From Spirochaetaceae bacterium (GTDB lineage: Bacteria; Spirochaetota; Spirochaetia; DSM-2461), in contig JAOPTT010000009.1 in assembly GCA_051531975.1 (NCBI GenBank), positions 1-64,000 on the forward strand: a DNA stretch of 64,000 nucleotides. Direction: 5' to 3'. How positions within the stretch are numbered: the stretch's first letter is position 1; every line of letters starts with the position of its first letter. Position numbers and translations under genes: made by a program. The notes below the pieces were generated by a model, which worked only from the letters and a program-made list of their open reading frames with translations, was not told where the DNA came from and ran no database searches. Shown piece after piece: positions 1-9,528 of the stretch.

Positions 1-347
1 CCTTTCCAATGGAGTTAGTAGAATCAGCCCAGATTGACGGAGCAACTTTTTTTGATGTATTTAGACGAATAATTCTTCCTAATTCGGCACCAGTTATTGT
101 TGTTTCTGTTATCTGGCAAACTACAAATATCTGGAATGATTTCCTGTTTGGGGTCTCTTTTGGTGATGCAACTTCTCAGCCGATGACTGTTGCTTTAAAT
201 AACCTAGTAAGTTCTTCCACAGGTGTTAAAGAGTATAATGTACACTTTGCAGCTGCCATGATAGCGGCATTACCTACATTAACAATCTATATCGTCTCCG
301 GAAGGTATTTTGTTCGTGGCCTTATGAGCGGATCTGTTAAAGGTTAA
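1..347 (+). CDS. Carbohydrate ABC transporter permease, C-terminal part (gene begins before the window)
   Basis: EAA-like loop ESAQIDGATFF, WNDFLFG and terminal FVRGLMSGSVKG typical of MalG-type permeases. Confidence 0.9.
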   Translation, partial: FPMELVESAQIDGATFFDVFRRIILPNSAPVIVVSVIWQTTNIWNDFLFGVSFGDATSQPMTVALNNLVSSSTGVKEYNVHFAAAMIAALPTLTIYIVSGRYFVRGLMSGSVKG

Positions 348-383
348 TAAAAGAGTAATTACATTACATAATTACAAATTAAC

Positions 384-411
384 AAGCCCTGGAATTATCT
401 GGGGCTTTTTT
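384..411 (+). terminator. Intrinsic terminator
   Basis: AAGCCCTGGA/TCTGGGGCTT stem (with G-U pairs) followed by a T run, just after the stop codon. Confidence 0.75.
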
Positions 412-604
412 CATTAATGATCAACTCATAAAAATATTTACTTAGTACAGCTTCAAAAGCTTCTGTTACAGCAAACCAATATAGGTCAAATCTTAAGATC
501 TCACTCTCTAAATAATCAATTTTATACATATAAAAGTATGCCAAAACCTAATATCAACTATGTATGTGATGAAATTTATAAAGCTCAAATTAATAAAAAA
601 AACA

Positions 605-649
605 TTTACAGCTTTCAAGTGCAGTGCTATACTGCTTTCATATGAAGCA
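605..649 (+). promoter_or_regulatory. Sigma70-type promoter with operator-like palindrome
   Basis: TTTACA(605-610)-17 bp-TATACT(628-633) with extended TG; TTCATATGAA palindrome at 637-646. Confidence 0.65.
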
Positions 650-799
650 TAATACTGTTAATTCAAAAGTAAATACTTTTCAAATGACTGTTTATGTTTT
701 TCAATATTATTCTTTTAAAGCTGAGAATATGGTTTTATCGGGTAGTCCGAAACTAATTATTAGCTATATAAAGAGCATATAGAATCAATGGAGGATACT

Positions 800-1759
800 A
801 TGAGAAGAAAATTTGTTGCACTTATTTGTGTGGGTTTATTAATGGGAACTATGGCTTTTGCCAACGGTCAGAAGGAAGCGGAAACAACAGAAGATGGAAT
901 GGTTAAAGTTGCATTTATTCCTGGAGACATGGCTAATGAGTCACAGTCTTTTTCTGCAAAAATGTTTCAGAAGCATGGTGCAGATTATGGTTTTGATGTA
1001 ATTATTCTTGATGGTAAAGGTGATGCTCAGGTTCAGGCTCAGGTTGTAACTAATGCCGTTGCCCAGGGTTTAAAAGCTATTTTTATCAATCCAAATGATA
1101 TAAATGCGGTTATTCCAAGTTTGATGCAGGCTAAAGACGCTGGTGTTATTGTCGGAATGTTTTCTTCTGATTTACCTTCAAGTAGTGATCATTTAAGAGA
1201 TTTCTTTGTAGGTGTTAATGATAATATGGCTGGAGAAGCTTCAGGTCAGGCTTTCCTTAATAATTTTCCTGAAGGTGCAAATATTGTTGAAATCGGTGGT
1301 CAATCAGGTCACGATGCTCAAATTAAACGTCATGATGGATTTAATGGTAAAATCGCAGGTTCAAAAATCAATGTTATTGATTACAAAGCAACACAGCAGT
1401 GGTCTACAGCTGAAGCGATGGCTATCATGGAAGATATGATTGTTAAGCATGGTGATGAAATTGATGGTGTTTTCTGTCATTGGGATAATGGTGCAACTGG
1501 TATATTAGGTGCTTTAAAAGCAGCAAGTATGGAAGATGTATTTATTGTTGGTGTAGATGGAAACAGAGCTGGATTTGATCAAGTAAGAAGTGGTGAGCAG
1601 AGTGTAACTATTATGCAGAACTTTGAAGCTTTTGCTAAACTTTCACTAAAATTGACAAAAGATATCCTTGCTGGTGGAACTATTGAACCTGTGAACTTTG
1701 TTAATTTAGATATTGTTGATCTAAAAAATATTGACAATTTTACAGCTCCTGAGTGGTAG
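800..1759 (+). CDS. Sugar ABC transporter substrate-binding protein (RbsB-like)
   Basis: Signal peptide ending MAFANGQKE; periplasmic-binding motifs RHDGF and VGVDG; GGAGGA RBS before ATG 800. Confidence 0.9.
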   Translation: MRRKFVALICVGLLMGTMAFANGQKEAETTEDGMVKVAFIPGDMANESQSFSAKMFQKHGADYGFDVIILDGKGDAQVQAQVVTNAVAQGLKAIFINPNDINAVIPSLMQAKDAGVIVGMFSSDLPSSSDHLRDFFVGVNDNMAGEASGQAFLNNFPEGANIVEIGGQSGHDAQIKRHDGFNGKIAGSKINVIDYKATQQWSTAEAMAIMEDMIVKHGDEIDGVFCHWDNGATGILGALKAASMEDVFIVGVDGNRAGFDQVRSGEQSVTIMQNFEAFAKLSLKLTKDILAGGTIEPVNFVNLDIVDLKNIDNFTAPEW

Positions 1760-1843
1760 AAACAGAGTTATATTAGTAAAGCTCTCGTTTGTGCTTATAG
1801 CAGAGACGGGGGTTTCTTGAAAATTATAAAGAGGTTATGGCGA

Positions 1844-3373
1844 ATGAATATAAACGAAACGGAAGTCATACTTTCGATTAAAGATGTAAGCAAGACATTT
1901 CCGGGAGTTAAAGCACTGGATAACGTTTCCATCGATGTACATTATGGAACAGTTCATGGAATTGTAGGTGAAAACGGAGCTGGTAAATCTACTCTAATGA
2001 AAATATTATCAGGAGTTTATAAAAGGGATTCCGGAACTATTATTTTTGATGGTGATAATATTAAAAGTACAACACCCCTTCAGTCTATGAAATTAGGTCT
2101 AAGTATAATTTACCAGGAATTAAATCTTGTAAATACTATGACTGTTGGAGAAAATATTTTTCTCGGTCGTTTTAAAGAGATGCACGGTATGAGTGGTACT
2201 CATACAAAAGCAAAAGAGCTTCTAGCAAGTATTGGCTGTACAATAGATACTCATACAATAGTTTCTGAACTAAGTGTTTCGGAAAAACAGATGGTAGAGA
2301 TTACTAAAGCTTTGTCATTTGATTCTAAGCTCATAATAATGGATGAGCCAAGTAGTAGCCTTACTGCTGATGAGATGAAGGAGTTAGTTGTAATAATTCG
2401 TCATCTTAAGAAAAAAGGTATTTCTGTTATATATATAAGTCATAAATTGAATGAGATATTTGAATTTTGTGACAAAGTAACTGTAATGCGTGATGGAAAT
2501 GTTATCGATACCAAACCAATTTCTGAGATCACAAGAAGTGAGATGATCACAAAAATGGTTGGTCGTTCAATTGAAAATGAATTCCCCGACCGTCCAAGAT
2601 GCGTAGGTGATACGCTGATGGAGGTTAGATCCATAAATACAAGTAAACTGAATAATATATCTTTTAAGCTAAAAAAAGGAGAAATCCTAGGACTTGTTGG
2701 ACTGGTAGGTGCCGGAAGAACTGAAATTGTCAGAGCTATATTTGGTGCAGACAAGGTAAAAGGTCATGAGATTTTAATAGATGGAAAAACAGTAAGTATA
2801 AAAAATCCAGCAGATGCAAAACAGGTTGGAATGTGCCTTGTACCAGAGGATAGAAAGCTGCAAGGATTAGTACTTCCTTTTTCTGTAGAATCCAATATTT
2901 CTATGGGTAGTCTAGACAAAATTACTAAGTATGGTTTTGTGAATAATGAAAAAGAAAAAGAAATAGCTGAGCGACAGGTTAAATCCCTGGGGGTTAAGAC
3001 TCCTTCTATTAAAACCAGAATTGGTAGTCTATCTGGAGGAAACCAGCAAAAATGTATTGTAGGAAGATGGATGGAGCTTGATCCTCGTATTCTTATTCTT
3101 GATGAACCTACAAGAGGTATTGATGTTGGTGCAAAATTTGAAATTTATCTATTGATGAAACAGATTGTGGAAAATGGCGGATCTGTAATATTGATCTCAT
3201 CTGAACTTCCTGAAGTATTGAATATGAGTAACCGTGTATTAACTGTTTGCGATGGACAAATAACAGGGGAATTTGATCCTGAAAAGGCTTCTGCAGATAC
3301 AATTATGGAGAAAGCATTGGAATTTAAGGATGAAAACTTTGAATTATCTAAACCTGAAGGAGCGGATTCATGA
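1844..3373 (+). CDS. Sugar ABC transporter ATP-binding protein (RbsA/MglA type)
   Basis: GENGAGKST, DEPSSSL, LSGGNQQK, DEPTRGIDVGAK; start moved to ATG 1844 (AGAGG RBS). Confidence 0.95.
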   Translation: MNINETEVILSIKDVSKTFPGVKALDNVSIDVHYGTVHGIVGENGAGKSTLMKILSGVYKRDSGTIIFDGDNIKSTTPLQSMKLGLSIIYQELNLVNTMTVGENIFLGRFKEMHGMSGTHTKAKELLASIGCTIDTHTIVSELSVSEKQMVEITKALSFDSKLIIMDEPSSSLTADEMKELVVIIRHLKKKGISVIYISHKLNEIFEFCDKVTVMRDGNVIDTKPISEITRSEMITKMVGRSIENEFPDRPRCVGDTLMEVRSINTSKLNNISFKLKKGEILGLVGLVGAGRTEIVRAIFGADKVKGHEILIDGKTVSIKNPADAKQVGMCLVPEDRKLQGLVLPFSVESNISMGSLDKITKYGFVNNEKEKEIAERQVKSLGVKTPSIKTRIGSLSGGNQQKCIVGRWMELDPRILILDEPTRGIDVGAKFEIYLLMKQIVENGGSVILISSELPEVLNMSNRVLTVCDGQITGEFDPEKASADTIMEKALEFKDENFELSKPEGADS

Positions 3374-4377
3374 GTGATCAAACAACTTTAAAATACAGAG
3401 CTTTTAACAGCATTAAAAATCATAAAGATACACTAAAAAATTTCGCTAGGGAATATCTGGTTCTTGTCGCGATAGGTTTGCTTGTTCTTGTAACAGCTAT
3501 CGTGGAACCTAAATTTTTATCTACTGCAAACATGACCAATATTATGCGTCAGTTTGGACCGCTAATAATGGTTGCATTAGGTATGACTTTTGTTATTATC
3601 GGTGGATTCATAGACTTATCAATAGCTGGTATTATGTCTTTTGTTGCAGTTGTGACCCTATCTTTAATTGAACCTTTAGGACAAATACCTGCTTTGTTTA
3701 TCGGTTTGTTATTAGGTGCTCTGTGTGGACTTTTTAATAGCGCATTAATTTTACTAAGTGGTGCGACTACGCAAGCAGAGGGACTGTTTATTACATTTGG
3801 TATGAGTGTTGTATATGGAGGATTAGCTCTGATTTATACAGGTGGTGTAACAGATCATATGAGTTATATTACAAGAGATTATTCTGTGTTTACATCGATA
3901 GGAACAGGAACAGTTGGAATTTTTTCAGTCTCTTTTCTTATATTTCTTGTTATTCTCATGATTCTGTATATTTTTCATAATAGAACATATATGGGACGTA
4001 CAATAAACCTTACTGGTGGAAATAAAACTGCCGCAAGATTGTCCGGTATATCTGTCAATAAAAGTATCATGACTATATATACTATTGCAGGATTAATGGC
4101 TGCCATGGGTGCAATCGTTCTATTTTCCCGAGTAACAACTGCTTCCCCTGTATTAGGAAAAAACTATGAGACTAATGCAATTCTTGCAGTAGTTGTTGGT
4201 GGTACATCCCTAAAAGGTGGTAAAGGAAGTGTCGTTCGTACAGTTCTAGGTACTATGCTGGTTATACTTCTAGCGAATTGTATGAACCTTCTAGGCGTTT
4301 CTGTATATATGCAGAATGTGCTTAAAGGTTTAATTCTTATAATGGCCATATGGCTTGATAGTCGAAAGCAATACTAG
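3370..4377 (+). CDS. Sugar ABC transporter permease (RbsC-like)
   Basis: GFIDLSI, GGNKTAARLSGI, VVVGGTSLKGG; ATGA overlap with the ATPase gene. Confidence 0.92.
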   Translation: MSDQTTLKYRAFNSIKNHKDTLKNFAREYLVLVAIGLLVLVTAIVEPKFLSTANMTNIMRQFGPLIMVALGMTFVIIGGFIDLSIAGIMSFVAVVTLSLIEPLGQIPALFIGLLLGALCGLFNSALILLSGATTQAEGLFITFGMSVVYGGLALIYTGGVTDHMSYITRDYSVFTSIGTGTVGIFSVSFLIFLVILMILYIFHNRTYMGRTINLTGGNKTAARLSGISVNKSIMTIYTIAGLMAAMGAIVLFSRVTTASPVLGKNYETNAILAVVVGGTSLKGGKGSVVRTVLGTMLVILLANCMNLLGVSVYMQNVLKGLILIMAIWLDSRKQY

Positions 4378-4389
4378 GAGGAAATTTAT

Positions 4390-5355
4390 ATGAATAATTT
4401 TTTAACCAGACATAAGTTCTTAAAAAAAGCTATAAATCAGAAAGCCACTGTAGCGGTTATTGTAATGCTAGTGACAATGCTTTTCTTTAAAACCAACTTC
4501 TTTACAAGGTTCAATTTATTTGATTTGGTGAATTCAGCATCAATATTAATGATTCTAGCATTTGGTATTACAATGGTTATTACTGCCGGAGGAATAGATC
4601 TATCCATTGGTGGTACTTTGGTCGTTGCCGGTATTGTTGCTATTAAGCTGATGGATTTTATGCCTATCCCGATTGCTATACTTGGTGCACTTCTAGTAGG
4701 TGCATTAATAGGGGCGATAAACGGTTATCTGGTTGTATATCAGAAAACAGAACCTTTCATAATTACATTGGGTATGGGAATGTTATTAACTGGATTGGCA
4801 ATGCAGTTGACAGATGCACACCCAATATCCGCTAGTAATTTTGATTTTATGATGATCGCAAATGGGAAAGTTTTTGGGGTAATTCCAAATCTAGTAATCA
4901 TTATGCTTCTTGTATTATTTGTTACCTACTGGATATTAAGGCATACGCAATTTGGAAGAAATTGTTATGCAATAGGTGGAGATTATGAAGTCGCTGAGTA
5001 TTCAGGTATTAATGTTCGACGGATAAAAGCCACAACATATGTAATATGTGGAGTTGCAGCAGCTTTAGGTGGTGTAATGCTCTCATCTAAACTGAATTCT
5101 GGGTCATCTGTATATGGTGAGACCACTGCCTTAACTGTTATAAGTGGTGTAGTTGTTGGAGGTACTTCTCTTGCTGGTGGAGTAGGAGGTATACCTCAGA
5201 CTGCAATGGGTCTGCTTGTTTTTGGTATTATGGAAAACTCTATGAATATGTTGGGAGTTAATCCATATATTCAGATGATATTAAGAGGTTTGCTTATAGT
5301 GACTATTCTGTGTCTTGATAGTTATGGTAGAAAACGTAAACGTGATCTTGTATAA
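4390..5355 (+). CDS. Sugar ABC transporter permease (RbsC-like)
   Basis: GGIDLSIG, PFIITLG, VVVGGTSLAGG. Confidence 0.92.
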   Translation: MNNFLTRHKFLKKAINQKATVAVIVMLVTMLFFKTNFFTRFNLFDLVNSASILMILAFGITMVITAGGIDLSIGGTLVVAGIVAIKLMDFMPIPIAILGALLVGALIGAINGYLVVYQKTEPFIITLGMGMLLTGLAMQLTDAHPISASNFDFMMIANGKVFGVIPNLVIIMLLVLFVTYWILRHTQFGRNCYAIGGDYEVAEYSGINVRRIKATTYVICGVAAALGGVMLSSKLNSGSSVYGETTALTVISGVVVGGTSLAGGVGGIPQTAMGLLVFGIMENSMNMLGVNPYIQMILRGLLIVTILCLDSYGRKRKRDLV

Positions 5356-5377
5356 TTTAGTTTTATAATATTATTAC

Positions 5378-5409
5378 AAAGAAGTGAGCTGTTTAATGCT
5401 CACTTCTTT
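5378..5409. terminator. Bidirectional terminator between convergent genes
   Basis: Perfect 12-bp stem AAAGAAGTGAGC/GCTCACTTCTTT. Confidence 0.8.
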
Positions 5410-5412
5410 TGT

Positions 5413-5886
5413 TTATAAGCAGTAGATATAATCTTTAATGGTGGAAACAACAAGATTATGATCCTCTTCATCGGGAAGTCCACTAACAGTAATTGTGCCT
5501 ATGACTCCTGAATCTTTTATTATAATAGGAAAAGATCCACCAAATGCAGAATATTCTTCCTGATTTAGATAAAACATCTGATCGATTGTTGTATTATTTT
5601 GCTCAAGAAGATTTTTTATATAAAAAGAACTTTTACTAAAATGATTTGTTACACTGTTTTTTCTTTTAATCCATTCATCATTATCCTTTGAAGTCCCTTC
5701 ACAGGCATAATGAAATAATTGCTGATTATGCCTAGTTATATCAATTGTTAAAACTAAATTTTTTTCTTCAGCTATCTCCAGAAGTCTGAGGCCAATTGTT
5801 AAAGCGGTTTTATTTGAAAAGCTCTGAAATTGTAAGTCATTATGCTCTTTATCCAGCTTTTTTAATATATTATCGTAGTTTTTCAT
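5413..5886 (-). CDS. UPF0303 / heme-degrading (GlcG/HbpS-like) domain protein
   Basis: DNDEWIKRKNSV, GGSFPI, GTITVSGLPDEEDH motifs. Confidence 0.8.
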   Translation of the reverse strand: MKNYDNILKKLDKEHNDLQFQSFSNKTALTIGLRLLEIAEEKNLVLTIDITRHNQQLFHYACEGTSKDNDEWIKRKNSVTNHFSKSSFYIKNLLEQNNTTIDQMFYLNQEEYSAFGGSFPIIIKDSGVIGTITVSGLPDEEDHNLVVSTIKDYIYCL

Positions 5887-5912
5887 TATATAATCCTTTT
5901 TCTTGAGTTTTT

Positions 5913-5972
5913 ATATGAAAGGGTGTATTCTTTCATATGGAGTATTATATTGCTGTTTATTACCTTTGTCAA
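5913..5972 (-). promoter_or_regulatory. Consensus sigma70 promoter plus operator ATATGAAAG-N8-CTTTCATAT
   Basis: Minus strand TTGACA(5972-5967)-17 bp-TATAAT(5949-5944); inverted repeat 5913-5938 immediately downstream. Confidence 0.8.
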
Positions 5973-6197
5973 TTTTTAAACGAATATGAATATCCATATT
6001 AAATACTTCTAAAACTGGTCAATATTTAAGTATATATATTCTAAAAGTGGTCTTGGGAGTGTTTAGAGTGTAGTTTTAGATCAATATTTGATAAGAAATA
6101 GTCATTTCCTGCCATTGTGGTATGGGAAAAACAGACTTATTATATTATATGATCTTATTTTCGATTAATTGATGAAAAAAATGTATGAGGTGAAGAG

Positions 6198-8576
6198 ATG
6201 AAAGCAGATAAAAACAATAGTAGAGAACTGGTTTTAACCGATAGAATTAAGAATCTGAAAGAGAATATGTTAAAAGAACCAAGGTTCATGTCTTTAGAAC
6301 AAGCAAAGATTATAACTAATTGTTATAAAGATAACGATGGGGACTCTATTGCTCTAAAAAGAGCTAAAAGTTTAACTGCTTCACTATCTCAGATAACTAT
6401 AAAAATTGATCCTCTAGAATTGATTGTAGGAAATAGAACTCCAGGAGTACGTGGAGGAGTTGTTTTCCCTGAGGCGGGTAGTTCCTGGATTAATGGGGAA
6501 ATAGATACTTTGGCAACCAGGCCCCAGGATAAGTTTAATGTAAGGCCTGAAGATATTATTGAATTTAAAGAGAATATATATCCTTATTGGGAAGGAAAAT
6601 GTCTAGAAGATATTATTAAAAATAAAATAGGTGATGAAATTAGTGAAATAGGTAAAGTTGCTAAAATAAATCAAAAAGATCATGCCCAGGGACACATCTG
6701 CCCAAATACAGAAAAATGGCTGAAAATTGGACCTGTTGGATTAAAAGAAGAATCTGAAATTAAACTTAAAACAGCAACTGCAAATCAGCTAGATTTTTAT
6801 AGAAGTGTAATAATTGTCCAAGAAGGGGCAATTCTATTTATGAAAAGATATGGCCAGTTAGCATCTAAGTTAGCTGAAAATCCTGAATATAGTGATAGCC
6901 GTATAGGATTGTTGGAAATTAGTAGAATCTGTCTGAAATTAGCAAAAAGCCCTGCAGAAACCTTTCATGAAGCTCTACAATCACTGTGGTTTTTATATGT
7001 AATACTTCAAATGGAATCAAATGCTTCATCATTTTCTCCAGGTAGGGCGGATCAGTATCTATATTCATATTATCAGAAAGACATTGAATCCGGAATTATC
7101 GAGAAACAGGATGCACTTGAGTTAATCGAAGCCTTATGGCTGAAGTTCAACCAGATTGTGTACCTGAGAAATTCCCAGGGTGCAAAATATTTTGCTGGAT
7201 TCCCAATAGGTTTTAATATAGCCTGCGGTGGTCAGACTGAAGATGGACAGGATGCTTCAAATGATCTGTCCTACCTATTTCTTAAAGCTCAAAGCCATAT
7301 ACTTATGCCTCAGCCAAACCTGTCCGCCCGTCTTTTTAAAGATTCGGATGAAAAATTTGTTGATGAGTGTAGTCGTGTTATAGGAATGGGTAGCGGTATG
7401 CCTCAGATATTTAACGATGAAGGGGTTATTCCTGCTCTTATGAATGTTGGTATAGGTGAAAAAGATGCAAGGGATTATGCCATTGTTGGTTGTGTAGAAT
7501 TAACAACTCAAGGTAATAATTTAGGTTGGAGTGACGCTGCTATGTTTAATCTGATGAAAGCTCTTGAATTGACTCTAACTAATGGTGTCTGCCTTCTTAC
7601 TAGTAAAGAGATGGGATTAAAAACCGGAACACTAAATGACTATGAAACCTTTAAAGATCTTGAAGATGCTCTTGAAAAGCAGCTGAAATACTATATAGAA
7701 CGTATGATTAAAAGTTGTGAAGTTGTTGATGTAACCCATGGAGAAATCCTTCCTTCGGCTTTCCTTTCCAGTGTAATCGATGATTGTATAGGTAACGGTA
7801 GGGATGTAACTGTAGGTGGAGCTTTTTACAATCTCTCAGGTATACAGGCAATACAGGTGGCTAATCTTGTAGATAGTTTGGCTGTTATTAAAAAAATGGT
7901 ATTTGAAGATAAATCTATTTCAAAAGATGAGTTTTTAAAGGCTTTAATTTGTAACTGGAAAGGGAAAGAGCCTCTAAGACAGTCTGTTCTTCATAAAGTA
8001 CCTAAATATGGAAACGATGTGAAATGGGTTGATGATTTAGGAAACCAGTGGGTTGAGTTTTTTGCTGGTCAGTTAAGCAGGTATACCAATGTCCGTGGTG
8101 GTATTTATCATACCGGTCTATATACTGTTTCTGCTCATGTTCCTATGGGACAAAATGTTGGTGCTTCAGCCGATGGAAGAATGGCCAAGGATCCACTTGC
8201 AGATGGAGGAGTTTCGGCTATGTACGGCCGTGATGTTAGTGGCCCAACAGCTCTGCTTAATTCTGTTTCCAGAATTAACTCAAAATTAGCTAGTAATGGA
8301 AGTTTATTAAATATGAAATTTTTACCGGAGTTTTTTAAGACATTTGAAGGGGTTAAGAAATTCTCTTCTCTTTTAAGAACTTTTGTAGATCTTAAAATTA
8401 ATCATGTACAGTTTAATGTTCTTAAAAAAGAGGATCTTGTTGCAGCTAAAAAAAATCCTGAGAAATATTCAAGCTTAACAGTTCGAGTTGCAGGATATAC
8501 TGCATATTTTACAGACTTAGCATCAGATCTGCAGGATGAAATTATTGCAAGAACCAGTTATGGAGAAGTTCAGTGA
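6198..8576 (+). CDS. pflD: Glycyl radical enzyme, PflD-like
   Basis: Single-Cys GCVE, VRVAGY glycyl motif; TRPQDKF, ESNASS, YFAGFP, YTVSAHVP segments recalled from E. coli PflD. Confidence 0.85.
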   Translation: MKADKNNSRELVLTDRIKNLKENMLKEPRFMSLEQAKIITNCYKDNDGDSIALKRAKSLTASLSQITIKIDPLELIVGNRTPGVRGGVVFPEAGSSWINGEIDTLATRPQDKFNVRPEDIIEFKENIYPYWEGKCLEDIIKNKIGDEISEIGKVAKINQKDHAQGHICPNTEKWLKIGPVGLKEESEIKLKTATANQLDFYRSVIIVQEGAILFMKRYGQLASKLAENPEYSDSRIGLLEISRICLKLAKSPAETFHEALQSLWFLYVILQMESNASSFSPGRADQYLYSYYQKDIESGIIEKQDALELIEALWLKFNQIVYLRNSQGAKYFAGFPIGFNIACGGQTEDGQDASNDLSYLFLKAQSHILMPQPNLSARLFKDSDEKFVDECSRVIGMGSGMPQIFNDEGVIPALMNVGIGEKDARDYAIVGCVELTTQGNNLGWSDAAMFNLMKALELTLTNGVCLLTSKEMGLKTGTLNDYETFKDLEDALEKQLKYYIERMIKSCEVVDVTHGEILPSAFLSSVIDDCIGNGRDVTVGGAFYNLSGIQAIQVANLVDSLAVIKKMVFEDKSISKDEFLKALICNWKGKEPLRQSVLHKVPKYGNDVKWVDDLGNQWVEFFAGQLSRYTNVRGGIYHTGLYTVSAHVPMGQNVGASADGRMAKDPLADGGVSAMYGRDVSGPTALLNSVSRINSKLASNGSLLNMKFLPEFFKTFEGVKKFSSLLRTFVDLKINHVQFNVLKKEDLVAAKKNPEKYSSLTVRVAGYTAYFTDLASDLQDEIIARTSYGEVQ

Positions 8577-9496
8577 AAGGAAATGTTTTTGACATTAAAA
8601 AGTTTGCCGTTCATGATGGACCGGGTATTAGATCAACCCTGTTTTTGAAGGGGTGTCACTTAAACTGTATCTGGTGTCAAAATCCAGAAGGAATAAAGAA
8701 CCAAATTAATTTGTGGTATTTTGAGCGTAAATGTATTCAGTGTAACTTATGTCTTAATGTCTGCCCTAATCAGGCGTTAACACTAGGAAAGGAAAATGAA
8801 TCATACATCTCTATAAATCATAATAAATGTGACAATAATGGTGCCTGTGTCAATGTTTGTCCTACAACAGCTTTAACCTTCGACGGTTATGAAATGGAAG
8901 TTGACGAAGCCGTAGAGAAATTACTACAGGATAAGGCTTTTTATGATAAATCTGGAGGTGGTATTACCATTTCTGGTGGGGATTCTCTTTATCAATATAA
9001 ATTCAGCAGAGCAGTTCTAGAAAAATGTAAAGAGCATGGTGTGCATACGGCAATTGAGACATGTATGTATGCAAAAAAAGAGATATTTGAGTCATTTATT
9101 GGACTAGTTGATCTTTTTATAGTTGATTTAAAACTGTTCGACGAAAATGAACATTTCAAATATGTAGGAACTGGAAATGAGTTAATTTTATCTAATTTTA
9201 AATCACTTGCTAATAACAAACAGAATATTCTAGTTCGGATTCCACTAATCCCCGGAATAACAGCAAAAGAGAAGAATATAAGATCCATTTGTAGGTTTGT
9301 TTTTCAGAACTCACCAGGAACTGAAATGGAGCTGATTAATTTTAATCCTCTTGCACAGAATAAATATAGGCTAATGGGAAAAGATTACGACTTTATGAAA
9401 AAAATGAAACCATATACAAGGGAAGAACTTGACTGTTTCTACTCAATTCTTAAAGAGGAAGGTATAGGAGCAAAACGGGAGACAGATGTTTCCTAA
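8573..9496 (+). CDS. Glycyl radical enzyme activase (radical SAM with ferredoxin insert)
   Basis: HDGPGIR, CHLNCIWC, ferredoxin-type Cys motifs; GTGA overlap with the GRE gene. Confidence 0.92.
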   Translation: MKGNVFDIKKFAVHDGPGIRSTLFLKGCHLNCIWCQNPEGIKNQINLWYFERKCIQCNLCLNVCPNQALTLGKENESYISINHNKCDNNGACVNVCPTTALTFDGYEMEVDEAVEKLLQDKAFYDKSGGGITISGGDSLYQYKFSRAVLEKCKEHGVHTAIETCMYAKKEIFESFIGLVDLFIVDLKLFDENEHFKYVGTGNELILSNFKSLANNKQNILVRIPLIPGITAKEKNIRSICRFVFQNSPGTEMELINFNPLAQNKYRLMGKDYDFMKKMKPYTREELDCFYSILKEEGIGAKRETDVS

Positions 9497-9528
9497 TATA
9501 ATATTGAATAATTTTGGGAGTAGATTTA

